Source of the DNA: Polyangiaceae bacterium
GTDB taxonomy: Bacteria; Myxococcota_A; Polyangia; Polyangiales; Polyangiaceae
Direction of reading: 5' to 3'
DNA length: 64,000 bases
NCBI GenBank assembly: GCA_044222475.1
Contig: JBGANF010000025.1
Coordinates: forward strand, 1 to 64,000
This document shows positions 24,707-34,771 of this stretch, piece by piece; position 1 is the stretch's first letter, and every line of letters begins with the position of its first letter. The position numbers and the translations under genes are program-made. The notes below the pieces were generated by a model. It did no database searches. It was not told where the DNA came from and saw only the letters and a program-made list of their open reading frames with translations.

Positions 24707-26153
24707 GCTGCGCCAGCGTGTGGGTATCGCCGACGAAGTAGCCCGCTGGCTCACGGAACTTGAGGTCGTAGGTGGTGACCGAGCCCGGCTCGATCGCGAC
24801 GGACGTGACCGCCACCGAGTGGACGCGGGTGCCTTCGACCGACACGACGCGCAGCATCTGACCGACGTGGAGTTGGTCGGCTCGGACCGACTGACCATCG
24901 ACCCAGAAGGGGTGGTTGCGCGTCGAGTGGATCGAACCGTTGATGACGACGAGCCCGTTCGCCGAGTCCTCGGGACCGTGGATGGCGATCCCGGAGACCG
25001 CGCGCGGGGCCGGCTGGCCCGTCACCGGGTCTGCGGCGAGAACGACGTCGCCCAAGTGAATCGAGGCGATCGCCCGGCTCGTTCCGTCGGCCATGAGGAT
25101 CGGCGTGCTCGCGATGAAGCAACCACCGCCGCCGCAGAGGCCGCAGTTGAGCGATCCACCGCAGCCGTCGGGGTTGATGCCACAGATGAAGTCGAGGCAG
25201 GTCTTCGGAGTGCACCCGCACGTGTAGGGCACGCCGCCGCCGCCGCACGTGTTCGGCGAAGTGCACGGCGGGCCGCAGGAGATGTTGCCGCCGCAGCCGT
25301 CGGGGATGGTGCCGCAGTTCGTGCCGGGCTTGCACGCTCCGGTCGGCGTGCAGCCGCACACGTTCGCGGTGCCGCCACCGCTGCACGTCTGAGGAAGGAC
25401 GCACGTTCCGCAGTTGAGCGTTCCGCCGCAGCCGTCGGCGACGCTGCCGCAGTTCTTGCCGAGCTGCAGACACGTCTTGGGCGTGCAGCCGCACACGTTG
25501 GCGACGCCCGCCCCTCCGCATGTCTGCGGGAGCGTGCACGCTCCGCCACAGTCGAGGACCTTGCCGCAGCCGTCGCTGATCTGGCCGCAGTTCTTCTTCT
25601 CACCGAGGCACGTCTTCGGGACACAGGCTGCCTGCCCGCACTTGCCCGCGGTGCAGTTGGGCCCGTTCGGGTTGTTCGCGCACGTGCCGCAGGCGTACTG
25701 GTTGCCGCAGCCGTCGGGCACGCTGCCGCACTCGGCGCCTTGCGCTTTGCAGTCCTTCGGCTTGCACGCGCACGAGTTCGTCGTGCCGTCGCACGCATCG
25801 GACGGGTTCACGCACGTGCCGCAGTCGAGGACGCCGCCGCACCCGTCGTCGAGCTTGCCGCACTGCGCCTTGAGGTCGGGGCACGTCTTCGGAACGCACG
25901 CGCACTTCCCCGATTTGCACACGCCCGTCTTGCAGGTGCCGCACTCGAGCGCTTCGCCGCACGTGTCGTTCTGGGTTCCACACTCGAAGCCTTGCGCTTG
26001 GCAGGTCTTTGCCTGGCATCCAGCGTCGGTGGTCGAGGCATCGGGGCCGAGCTTCGCAGCGCCGAAGTCGACGTCGAGGAGACTCGCGCACGACGCCGTC
26101 GCGAGCGCGATCGGAGCAGCGAGAAGAAAAGCAGTGAAGAGATTCTTGCTCAT
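24696..26153 (-). CDS. Lipoprotein with about 7 Cys-rich repeats and a C-terminal Hint domain
   Basis: Lipobox ATASC; repeats CxPKTC...CG...DGCGG.L.CG.C; Hint motifs CFIASTPILMADG, TRNHPFWV and TYDL..YFV. Confidence 0.9.
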   Translation of the reverse strand: MSKNLFTAFLLAAPIALATASCASLLDVDFGAAKLGPDASTTDAGCQAKTCQAQGFECGTQNDTCGEALECGTCKTGVCKSGKCACVPKTCPDLKAQCGKLDDGCGGVLDCGTCVNPSDACDGTTNSCACKPKDCKAQGAECGSVPDGCGNQYACGTCANNPNGPNCTAGKCGQAACVPKTCLGEKKNCGQISDGCGKVLDCGGACTLPQTCGGAGVANVCGCTPKTCLQLGKNCGSVADGCGGTLNCGTCVLPQTCSGGGTANVCGCTPTGACKPGTNCGTIPDGCGGNISCGPPCTSPNTCGGGGVPYTCGCTPKTCLDFICGINPDGCGGSLNCGLCGGGGCFIASTPILMADGTSRAIASIHLGDVVLAADPVTGQPAPRAVSGIAIHGPEDSANGLVVINGSIHSTRNHPFWVDGQSVRADQLHVGQMLRVVSVEGTRVHSVAVTSVAIEPGSVTTYDLKFREPAGYFVGDTHTLAQPKQ

Positions 26154-26160
26154 GAGCCCT

Positions 26161-27132
26161 CTAGAACGACCCGACGAGCGCAGCGCTCGCCCCTTGGGGA
26201 CCGAAGCTCGGAACGAACGACACGGTGGCGGCTTCTTTCTTCTTTCCGCCGGCCAGGATCATCACGACGCCACCCGCGAGGAGCACGCCGCCGGCGATGA
26301 ACGCGACCGTCGACAGCGGAGCGAGGACCTCGCCCGCGCGCGCGGCATCGACGCCTTCGGCGTCGCACTCGTAGGTCGTGGTGTTGCAGTGTTCCTTGAC
26401 GATGCTCGCCTTCCCCATCGCCATGATGCCGGTGACGGCGCCGAGCCCGACGCCGACGAGCCCGATGCCACCGACGACGAAACCGGCGGCGCGCACCGGG
26501 CTCACGCCGGTCGTCACGGGCCGGTCGACGATCTTCACCGTCGAGACGACCTTCGTGTCGAGCGGCGCGCCGACGTCGACGGTGAGCTCGCGCGTCTCCG
26601 TCTCGGCGAGGGTCATGTCGTAGACCGCGTCTTTTCGCTCGGCCGCGCTCACGACGACGGCGAGCTTGCCCGGATCGACCGCGACCGACACGCCGACCTC
26701 GGCGCGATCGAACGCGGCGCCGGCGCGCGTGATGCGCGCGGTCGCGGGCACCGTCGGCGCAAGGCGAATGGTGAGGTGCGCGAACTTCGGCTCGAGGTCG
26801 GCGGCCTTCTGCGCGACGAGGTCGCGTCGCTTGTCCCCTTTTGGGAAACCGGCGGCTGCGAGCTTGTAGTGACCAGCGGCCGAGACGAGCTTGCCGATGC
26901 GCACCTCGCAGTCGCCGAGGTTGACGAGCGTGCCCGGCGCGGGATCGATCGCGAAGCTGTCGGCGAACTTCGGGCACGCCGCGGTGAAGTCGCCAGCGTC
27001 GCGCAGCCGCACGCCTTCGCGGAAGAGACGCTCGGCCTCCTGCGAGCCATCTGCGTAGGCTCCGCGCGCGACCGCGCAGAGCGCGGCCGCGGCCACCACG
27101 CCGCGCAGGCCCTTCAGAAGCGTGAATCCCAC
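26161..27132 (-). CDS. Exported TPR protein (myxobacterial TPR/PEGA-like) with C-terminal hydrophobic segments
   Basis: AERLFREG..ACPKFADS..DPAPGTLVNLGDC; overlaps the end of the upstream kinase. Confidence 0.85.
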   Translation of the reverse strand: MGFTLLKGLRGVVAAAALCAVARGAYADGSQEAERLFREGVRLRDAGDFTAACPKFADSFAIDPAPGTLVNLGDCEVRIGKLVSAAGHYKLAAAGFPKGDKRRDLVAQKAADLEPKFAHLTIRLAPTVPATARITRAGAAFDRAEVGVSVAVDPGKLAVVVSAAERKDAVYDMTLAETETRELTVDVGAPLDTKVVSTVKIVDRPVTTGVSPVRAAGFVVGGIGLVGVGLGAVTGIMAMGKASIVKEHCNTTTYECDAEGVDAARAGEVLAPLSTVAFIAGGVLLAGGVVMILAGGKKKEAATVSFVPSFGPQGASAALVGSF

Positions 27133-28562
27133 GGGTTCCCTGTCGACGTCGGCGCTGCGGACGCGCCTGGTTTCGCGGTCGCGCGCGGCCCCGTCTTCGG
27201 TGTGCTCTTCGGCGCCGCGGTGGCGCTGGGCAGCTGACCGATCGCGACCGCCGAGACCGCAGCCGGCGCGCCGGCTGTGACGGCGGCGGCCGTCGTCGTG
27301 GCGGGCGGAGCGACCGCCGTCGCCACCGACGTCGTGATCGCGTGATCGTTCGCCGGCGCGATCGGAAGCGCGGCGGCCGTCGCCGATGGCGTGCGTCCGT
27401 ACTTGAGGAACGCACCCGCGCCGACGCCGCAGAGCACGACCAACGCGACCGCGACGAACGCAACGGTCCTGCGCCCCGACGCGCGACGGGCGGACGGCGC
27501 GGTGGGCGCCGTCGGCTCGGTGAGGATCGGCCTCGACGTCGTGAGCCGCGGGTCGAGCGTGTCCGGTGATGCGCTCTCGGTCGTCACGGCCAAGGCGGGC
27601 GGGGGCACGATCGGAGCGCCGGCGTGAACCACCGGCGCGGTGTCGGGTTGGGCGGCGACGAGCGTCACCGGATCGGCGCCGCGGCGCAGATCGTCCATCG
27701 CCTGCCGCAGCGCGGCTTGCATCGAGCGCGCATCCGGAAAGCGCGCATCCATGTCGAACGCGAGCGCCCGATCGACCACCTGAGCCAAGGTCGGCGGCAC
27801 GTGAGGGGCGATGTCGCGGACCTTCGGAACCGGCTCCGTCATGGCGAGGAGGAGCTCTTCGTTGACGGTCTCAGCGCGACGCGGCCGCGAACCGGTGAGG
27901 AGCGCGAACAGCGTGGCGCCGACCGCCCAGATGTCGGTGCGCGCATCGACGACCTGCCAGCGACCGCGCGCTTGCTCCGGCGGCATGAACGCGGGCGTGC
28001 CGATCGCCGCGCCGGTCTGCGTCGCGGACACGTCGTTGTTGCCTTCGCGCAGGCGCGCGATGCCGAAGTCGAGGACCTTCACCTTGCCGTCGTGCGAGAG
28101 AAACAAGTTCGCCGGTTTGATGTCGCGGTGGATCACGCCCTTCGTGTGGGCGATGGCCAGCACGTCGAGCACCTCGTCGCCGATGCGGCATACCTGATCG
28201 AGGGTGAGGCGCTCGGCGTTGGTCTTCGTGTGGCGCTCGAGCGAGTACCCGTCGAGGAGCTCCATGACGAGGAAGACGCTGCCATCCTCGGCGCGATCGT
28301 CGTCGAGGACCGACACGGCGCCGTCGTGCCCGAGCTTGTTGGCGACGTAGCCTTCTCGGAGGAACCGCGCGACCAGCTCGTCGTTCGTGGAGTGCTCGTG
28401 GTGCAGGATCTTGATCGCCGCGCGCTTCCCGTTGCGGTGCGACGCAGCGTAGACCGCAGCCGTGCCTCCGACGCCGAGCAAGGCGTCCAGCCGCCACTTG
28501 TCTTTCAGCAACGTCCCGACACGCGTGCGCGCGCGCGCCTGGAGTGAAGACGCACCAGCCAT
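27114..28562 (-). CDS. Membrane-anchored Ser/Thr protein kinase
   Basis: GVGGTAAV, AIK, HRDIKPAN, DFG and FMPPEQ motifs; TM helix followed by an Ala/Pro/Thr-rich tail. Confidence 0.95.
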   Translation of the reverse strand: MAGASSLQARARTRVGTLLKDKWRLDALLGVGGTAAVYAASHRNGKRAAIKILHHEHSTNDELVARFLREGYVANKLGHDGAVSVLDDDRAEDGSVFLVMELLDGYSLERHTKTNAERLTLDQVCRIGDEVLDVLAIAHTKGVIHRDIKPANLFLSHDGKVKVLDFGIARLREGNNDVSATQTGAAIGTPAFMPPEQARGRWQVVDARTDIWAVGATLFALLTGSRPRRAETVNEELLLAMTEPVPKVRDIAPHVPPTLAQVVDRALAFDMDARFPDARSMQAALRQAMDDLRRGADPVTLVAAQPDTAPVVHAGAPIVPPPALAVTTESASPDTLDPRLTTSRPILTEPTAPTAPSARRASGRRTVAFVAVALVVLCGVGAGAFLKYGRTPSATAAALPIAPANDHAITTSVATAVAPPATTTAAAVTAGAPAAVSAVAIGQLPSATAAPKSTPKTGPRATAKPGASAAPTSTGNPWDSRF

Positions 28563-28707
28563 CGAACCTCGATCCTAGCAAATCGGCACGGAGAATCGGC
28601 CTCGGGGGTGCCCCATCGACCGTCGCAGCGAAGTCGATTTGTCACACTTTCGCGGGGTGAAACGCACATCGGCGCCGACGCGGCGATCGGCTCCGCATCG
28701 GTCGCAT

Positions 28708-29619
28708 TCACTCGATGAAGGTGGCTCCGCGCGCGTCCGACAGCGGGATCTGCAGGGGCTCGCCGTAGCTCGGGAGCGCGATCGTGGCACCCGGTGCGAA
28801 AGCCTTGGTCTCGGCGACGAAGCCGGGGAGGTCGACGCCAGGCAAGAGTCGAAGACCGTCCTCGAGCGGGCTGAAGAAGAGATCGTGATGGGTCGGCACG
28901 ACGAGCTTCGGCTGCAGCGCGGACGTGAGTCGGCGCACGTAGTCGCGCGTTGCTCGTCGGCCGGCGAGCCCCATGAGGATCACGTCGGCGCGCTCACCGG
29001 CGACCTCGGCGTCGATCAGGTCGGCGCTACCATTGTGGTACACGGTGGGGCCGCCGCGCGGGCGGAGCAGCAAGCCGAACGCGCCCCCCATGCGGTAGTG
29101 CCACATGCGCATCGGTCCACGCGGAGCCGCGCGAACCTCGCCGGGGAACGGAACTCGACCGAGGGCGATGCGTCCGTGCAGGCTCGGCACGAAGCGCACG
29201 TCGACGTCACCGACGGTGAACGACGCGCCGCTCGGGTCGACCTCGATGAGCTGCTCGCTCGACACTCCTTCGGCGCGCGCCACGTTGCACGTCGTGCGCG
29301 AGCCGGCGAGCTTCGCTCCGGTGAGGACCGCGATGCGCGGCGCGTCGAGCAGGTGATCGAAGTGGCTGTGACCGCAGAGCACGGCGTCGACGTGCCGCGG
29401 GATCCACGCACGGATGGCGCGCTCGTCGGGCACGAGGCGATCCCGAGCGAGCGACCGGAAGCCAGGCCGCGTGAGGAACGGATCGAGCAGGATGGTCGTC
29501 GTCTCGGTCTGGACGACGTGACCCGCGGTGCCGAGCCAGGTGATGCGAAGCGCCTGATCGGGCGGAAGCGCCCGCGCGGTCGGACGATCGGTGGGAGGTC
29601 GCCTCGCACGCTGGGTCAC
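28708..29619 (-). CDS. MBL-fold metallohydrolase
   Basis: WLGTAG, HSHFDH and PTHHD motifs. Confidence 0.9.
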   Translation of the reverse strand: MTQRARRPPTDRPTARALPPDQALRITWLGTAGHVVQTETTTILLDPFLTRPGFRSLARDRLVPDERAIRAWIPRHVDAVLCGHSHFDHLLDAPRIAVLTGAKLAGSRTTCNVARAEGVSSEQLIEVDPSGASFTVGDVDVRFVPSLHGRIALGRVPFPGEVRAAPRGPMRMWHYRMGGAFGLLLRPRGGPTVYHNGSADLIDAEVAGERADVILMGLAGRRATRDYVRRLTSALQPKLVVPTHHDLFFSPLEDGLRLLPGVDLPGFVAETKAFAPGATIALPSYGEPLQIPLSDARGATFIE

Positions 29620-30617
29620 AAGTCGTCGTGGAAGAGCGGCTCGCGATTGCGGACGTAGCGGTAGACGAGCTGGCGCGCCTCCGGCGTGATCGCGGTGAAC
29701 TGAGCGCCGAAGCCGGGAGGCGCGTCGCCGCCTTGCTCGCGCGACCAGCGGACGACCGCGTTCGCTTCGAACTCGTAGCCGCCGGGGAGCGACACCTTGA
29801 GGCGCACCGGCGTGCCGATCTTCGGGATCATGTACGTCGAGACGAAGAGCCCGCCGTGATCGATGATGTCGTTGCCGGACAGGCCCTTGTAGAAGTTCGT
29901 CGGCGAGTGGGCGCCGAGATCGGCCGACACGATCGGGTGATCGCCGGCGGCCGGCGGGGCCGGGGGGTTCTTCGAGTGCATCGGCTGCTGCTGCTGTTGC
30001 TGCTGCGGCGGCGGCGCGTACGGCTGCTGCGGTTGCCCGAAGGCCTGCCCGCTCGGCGGCATCGCCGTCGCCGCCATGGGCGAGCGCGCTCCGGACGAGC
30101 CGCCGAACGGATCACGCGCCGGCGCCGGGAACGCCGGCTGCTGCGCGACCGGCTGAGGCATCACCTGCTGCTGCTGCGCCTGGACGGGCGGCTGCCCCCA
30201 CGCCTGCTGCTGCGGCGGCGGCTGCTGTTGCATGGGAGCGGTAGCGACCGGAGCCGCGGCGGGTGGGCGCGCGGCGGCGGCGGGTGCGCCAGCGCCTTGG
30301 GTGAGGCGATGAAGCGCGTGCACGAGGCTGAGCGATCCCGCGACCGCTTCCATCGCGGCGTTCACCGCGGGGTGCTGGATCTGCGCCGCTTGGAGCTGCG
30401 ACAGGGCGCTGCGCACGTTGTTGAGCGCGGTCTCCGCGTGGGGCGAGAGGACGGTGCCGTTGCTCCGCTCGATTTGGTGCAGCGCGCCCATCGCTTGGGC
30501 GATCGGCGTCGCGAGCTCGATGAGCTGCGGCGGTACGCTCGGATCGGACTGCAGTGCGGTGAGACCTCGGGCGAGAGATTCGCGCGCGGACTTTGCTGTC
30601 GTCGGGATGTCGGACAC
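29616..30617 (-). CDS. Protein with Pro/Gln-rich linker and C-terminal TIGR02266-like (PilZ-related) domain
   Basis: HSPTNFYKG..GGLFVST..VVRW..GFGAQF..YVRNREPLFHD. Confidence 0.8.
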   Translation of the reverse strand: MSDIPTTAKSARESLARGLTALQSDPSVPPQLIELATPIAQAMGALHQIERSNGTVLSPHAETALNNVRSALSQLQAAQIQHPAVNAAMEAVAGSLSLVHALHRLTQGAGAPAAAARPPAAAPVATAPMQQQPPPQQQAWGQPPVQAQQQQVMPQPVAQQPAFPAPARDPFGGSSGARSPMAATAMPPSGQAFGQPQQPYAPPPQQQQQQQPMHSKNPPAPPAAGDHPIVSADLGAHSPTNFYKGLSGNDIIDHGGLFVSTYMIPKIGTPVRLKVSLPGGYEFEANAVVRWSREQGGDAPPGFGAQFTAITPEARQLVYRYVRNREPLFHDDL

Positions 30618-30644
30618 GGTGCAGCCTTCCTTTGAAGAGCGATG

Positions 30645-31574
30645 CTATGCGAGGCGCGCCGGTTTGGCCAAACTGCTCGAACGAACAGGGTTTTCCCCGC
30701 TCATTTTCTCGACCAGCCTCCGCAGCGAGGCCTCGTCGAGCGTCGATTCGTCGTCCTCGCGCCGCGCGGCGAGCAGCCGAACCGCACCGGTGCCCGCGCG
30801 AACGACGACCGCGCCGTCGGCTCGAATCGCCGCTTCTCCCGGCGCCAGCGCGAGGGGAAAACGGTCCGTCGCCTCGGCGTCGGTCACGACGAGGGTCTCG
30901 CCGCCGAGCTCGGTGAAGGCACCCGGCCACGGTGAAGCAGCGCGGATGCGGCGCACGAGGCGGTCGGCCGACCATCGCCAGCGGAGCTCGAGGTCGTCGT
31001 CGGTGGGGGACGGCGCTTCGGTGACCCCGCGCTTCGGCTGAGCCACGGGCTTCGGCGGCGTACCATTTTGGTACTTCGAGACGATCTCCCGGAGCAGCGT
31101 GAGCGACGGGCGGTCGAGCTTCTTCGCGAGGGTCCAGGAGCTCCAGGTGGGCTCGATGCGAAGCTTCTTCCGGCCCAAGACCGCGCCGGTGTCGTACTCG
31201 CGGTCCAACACGTGCGCGGTGACGCCGGTCTCGCGATCGCCGCGGTCGATCGCCCAGAAGTAGGGGTCCGGGCCGCGATGGCGGGGGAGGAGCGAGGGAT
31301 GCACCCCGATCGCCGGAGCGATGGCGAGGACGCTCTTGGGCAGCCGCTTCGTCCAGAACCAGCTGACGATCAGATCCGGCTTCGCCGCGCGCACGCGCGC
31401 GACGGCGGCGCGATCGCTCAGGTCGGGGACCATCCGAACGACGCGGCCGAGGACGCGGCGAACGCGACGAACGCCGAGAGCCTCGCGACGGCAGATCCCC
31501 GCATAGACGATGCGATGCCCGTCGTGGTGGAGGAGAAGAGCGGCGAGGGGCAAGCCGAAGAAGGCGACTCTCAC
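30645..31574 (-). CDS. Formyltransferase (Fmt-like)
   Basis: HPSLLPRHRGPDP, ETGVTAH..YDTG and PWPGAF motifs. Confidence 0.88.
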   Translation of the reverse strand: MRVAFFGLPLAALLLHHDGHRIVYAGICRREALGVRRVRRVLGRVVRMVPDLSDRAAVARVRAAKPDLIVSWFWTKRLPKSVLAIAPAIGVHPSLLPRHRGPDPYFWAIDRGDRETGVTAHVLDREYDTGAVLGRKKLRIEPTWSSWTLAKKLDRPSLTLLREIVSKYQNGTPPKPVAQPKRGVTEAPSPTDDDLELRWRWSADRLVRRIRAASPWPGAFTELGGETLVVTDAEATDRFPLALAPGEAAIRADGAVVVRAGTGAVRLLAARREDDESTLDEASLRRLVEKMSGENPVRSSSLAKPARLA

Positions 31575-31605
31575 GGCCTACCCGCCGCACGTGCCGAGAG
31601 AATGA

Positions 31606-31722
31606 ACAGGAAGGGCGGAAGCGCGGAAGGATTGGGGGTTGATCGTGATTGCGAGCCCGTCGCCTCGACGCTGGCGTTGCCGAAACACCCCCAAAATCCT
31701 TCCGTCCTCCCGCCCTTCCTGT
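31606..31722. repeat. Intergenic imperfect inverted repeat with about 35-bp arms (REP/MITE-like)
   Basis: ACAGGAAGGGCGGAAGCGCGGAAGGATTGGGGGT pairs with ACCCCCAAAATCCTTCCGTCCTCCCGCCCTTCCTGT. Confidence 0.75.
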
Positions 31723-31743
31723 CCAAATCTCTCGAGGGCGACG

Positions 31744-32853
31744 TCAGGTGACGGGACCGTTCAGGACACCCGTCACCGGCTCTTCTCCGAGCTGACGGAG
31801 GAGGGCGTTGCGGGCGGCGTGCTCCACGAGGCCCCAGAGCTGCGCGCGGTCGGTGCTGCGTCCCAGGAAGCCGATCGGGATGCGGAAGCCTCCCTTGTCT
31901 CGACGGCCTCCACCGAACGCGCGGCCCTTGTCGTCGAAGCCGAACGCTCCTTCGAGCCACGCCGCGGGGTCGACGCTGGCCGAGTGGGTGCGCAGCGAGC
32001 CCTCGATGAACTTGTCGCCGACGACACCGTAGACGACGACGGTGTCGATGTCTTCGCGGCGGATCAGGAAGTCCGCCGCTTGGGCGATCGTGTCGCGCTC
32101 GCCGTCGGGCACGAAGCCGACGCCGGCCATCGCGAAGTTGCGGCGCACGAACAGGGTCGCGAGGGCGCGCGCGATGACGTCCATCGCGCTCGGCGCGATG
32201 AGGTGGCGGCTCAGGTCCTGGAGGAGGTCGCGGTCGAGGATCTCGGAGATGGTCGCGGCGGCGCGGAAGTCGAGCGCGCGGGCCAGGGTGAAGTCGTCGG
32301 TGTCGGTGGAGAGGCCGTGCATCAGCGCGGTCGCGATGCGGCGGTCGTCCTCGGAGTCGGCGGTGAGCGGCGCGAGCGCGTTGAGGTACTCCACGAAGAT
32401 GGTCGCCGTCGCGCCGACGTCCAGCCGGAGGTCGACGAAGCGCGCCTTGGGCGCGGTCGTCGCGCGGTGGTGATCGACGATGGTGAGGATCTCGATGTTC
32501 TGCGCGTCGGCGAGATCGGGATCGAGATCGTGCGCGTCGACGAGACCGAGGAAGTCGACGCCTTCGACCTCCTTGACGCTCTTGATCTTGCGGAGCTCCA
32601 GGTTGAGGAGCTTCACGAGCGCGCGGTTCTCGCGGTGGGACAGATCGTGCGTGTAGCCGACGACCGTGCGCGCGACCCCGAGGCGCTGGGCGAGGTGAGC
32701 CTGGGCGATGGCGCTCGCGATCCCGTCGGGATCGGGATGGCCACGCAGAGGGAGGAGGAGCGTCTTGCCCTTCGCCGGGGCGAGCGCCTCGGCGAACCCG
32801 TGGGCGCGATCGAGAGGCTGAGTCGTGGTGAGTCGGCGGACGGCTTCGGACAT
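31744..32853 (-). CDS. DHH/DHHA1-family phosphoesterase
   Basis: HPDPDGIAS, LVD, VDHH, STDT and GGGR motifs. Confidence 0.9.
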   Translation of the reverse strand: MSEAVRRLTTTQPLDRAHGFAEALAPAKGKTLLLPLRGHPDPDGIASAIAQAHLAQRLGVARTVVGYTHDLSHRENRALVKLLNLELRKIKSVKEVEGVDFLGLVDAHDLDPDLADAQNIEILTIVDHHRATTAPKARFVDLRLDVGATATIFVEYLNALAPLTADSEDDRRIATALMHGLSTDTDDFTLARALDFRAAATISEILDRDLLQDLSRHLIAPSAMDVIARALATLFVRRNFAMAGVGFVPDGERDTIAQAADFLIRREDIDTVVVYGVVGDKFIEGSLRTHSASVDPAAWLEGAFGFDDKGRAFGGGRRDKGGFRIPIGFLGRSTDRAQLWGLVEHAARNALLRQLGEEPVTGVLNGPVT

Positions 32854-32975
32854 CGTGGTTGCGTATTGTGGCTCCAATTCGGAGTCGCCGTCGAGTCTGC
32901 GGGGAATGGCGTTACGCATGCATCGGGCGTGCCCTTTTGGATCTAGGCGCATCCGTTGTAGTTTCCGGGGTACGC

Positions 32976-34727
32976 ATGGCAGCTCGGCCGATCCTCCGAA
33001 GCCTCAGGAGCACGATGTCCGTCGTGCTGCCCGCGCTTCTGGTCGCGCTCCCTCCGCTCGCGTGGATCCGCGAAGCGACGTACCGCGCATCGCTCACGAC
33101 GCTCGGCCGCGACCAAGGGATCTTCCAGTACGTCGCGTGGGCGATCATGAAGGGCGACGTCGACTACCGCGACGTGCGCGACGTGAACGGTCCTCTCACG
33201 CACCTCGTGCACATGCTCTTCCTCGCGCTCGGAGGGCGCGACGAGCATCGGTTCCGCGTGCTCGATCTCGCGTTCACCGGAGTGTCGTTCGCGATCGTGG
33301 GGGCGTGCCTTCCCGGCATCGCGCGCGGCGTGCGCGGCAGCGTTCGCCCCACGACCCATCCGTTCGAGCGCCTCGCGTGGGCGTTCGCCGCGTGGGTCGC
33401 GCTCTCGGCGCAGCACCTCATGTACCTCTACTGGGACCTCGCCCAGCGAGAGAGCTTCTTCGACTGGTTCCTTCTCCCGGCGCTCGGGCTCCAGCTCGTC
33501 GCCCAAGACAAGCTCCGCGGTGCGCGCGGTGGAGCGGCGCTGCTCGTGTGCGCCGGCGCGCTGTCGGCGATCCCGTGGTTCGGCAAGCCGACCTACGTCG
33601 CGTTCACCGCGGCGCAGGTGCTCGCGCTGCTGATCGATCGAGGCCTGCGCCTCTCGTGGAAGGCGCGGCTCGGGCTGTTCGCCGGCGGCGCGGCGATCGG
33701 CGCCGCGACGCAGCTCGCGTTCCTCGGGATCTACGGCGACATCGGCGCGTTCCTACGGATCTCGATCCACGACGTCCCGGCGATGTACCGGTTCATGATG
33801 CCCCGCACCCCGTCCGAGATCATCGGTCTGAGCTGGGGCGGCGTCACCAGCGGACTGTCGATGGTCTCGAGCCTCGTTCTGCTCGCGCTGATCGTCGACG
33901 GCCAGGTCCCGCGCCGCGCGACCGCGATCGCGCTCACGCCCCCCCTCGGCCTGCTCAGCGTCGTCGCGCAAGGAAAGGGGTTTCCGTACCACTTCCACCC
34001 GGTGAGCGCGGGGCTCATGCTCGTGTGGCTCGTCCTCGTGATGTGGGCGGTCGAGCGGTTCGGGTCGCGCCGCGGTTTCGTCCACCGCCTCGTGCCGTTC
34101 GTCGCGGCGGGGGCGCTCGCGTGGCGGATCGTCGCGATCGAGCCGGCGTCGCCTCACCTCGTGAGCCCGTGGATCCTCGACAAGGGCAGCACCGCCGAGA
34201 AGCGCGCCGGGCAGGACTACCTCGTCTACTTCAAGGGGCCCGACTTCTTCCCGTGGGAGATGCGCGAGGCGGCGGCCTACCTCCGCGAGCACACCTCTCC
34301 GGACGACAAGGTGCAGTCCTACTCGATGGACCCGTACATCCTCTTCCTCGCCGAGCGGCGCAGCGCGACACCGTACATCTACGCGTACGATCTCAACGCC
34401 GACGGCGCGCTCGCGGGATCGTGGATGCCCGAGGGCCTGCACCCGACCGACGCCCAGGCCGCGGTCATCCGATCGATGCGGGACGACCACGAGAAGGACA
34501 TGATGGCCCAGCTCGAGAAAGACCCGCCGGCCGCGTTCGTGTTCATCGACAAAGCACCCCTCATGACCTGGCAGGACTCGTTCTACGACTTCAAGCAGCA
34601 CAACCCGATCGCCGGTCCCTGGGTCGAGGAGCGCTACACCGAGACGGCGTCGTTCGGCGAAGCCCGCGTTTTCCTTAGGAATGATCGGGCGAAAGCCGTC
34701 ACACAGACTTTGCCGTCACCCCCCTGA
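32976..34727 (+). CDS. Polytopic membrane protein, GT-C (ArnT/PMT-like) glycosyltransferase candidate
   Basis: RDQGIFQY..YRDVRDVNGP first-loop motif, many TM helices, KGFPYH and a soluble C-terminal domain. Confidence 0.7.
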   Translation: MAARPILRSLRSTMSVVLPALLVALPPLAWIREATYRASLTTLGRDQGIFQYVAWAIMKGDVDYRDVRDVNGPLTHLVHMLFLALGGRDEHRFRVLDLAFTGVSFAIVGACLPGIARGVRGSVRPTTHPFERLAWAFAAWVALSAQHLMYLYWDLAQRESFFDWFLLPALGLQLVAQDKLRGARGGAALLVCAGALSAIPWFGKPTYVAFTAAQVLALLIDRGLRLSWKARLGLFAGGAAIGAATQLAFLGIYGDIGAFLRISIHDVPAMYRFMMPRTPSEIIGLSWGGVTSGLSMVSSLVLLALIVDGQVPRRATAIALTPPLGLLSVVAQGKGFPYHFHPVSAGLMLVWLVLVMWAVERFGSRRGFVHRLVPFVAAGALAWRIVAIEPASPHLVSPWILDKGSTAEKRAGQDYLVYFKGPDFFPWEMREAAAYLREHTSPDDKVQSYSMDPYILFLAERRSATPYIYAYDLNADGALAGSWMPEGLHPTDAQAAVIRSMRDDHEKDMMAQLEKDPPAAFVFIDKAPLMTWQDSFYDFKQHNPIAGPWVEERYTETASFGEARVFLRNDRAKAVTQTLPSPP

Positions 34728-34771
34728 CCGGTGAGCTACACTGCCCCCTCCCCGCCGTCTCGGGGCCCCCC

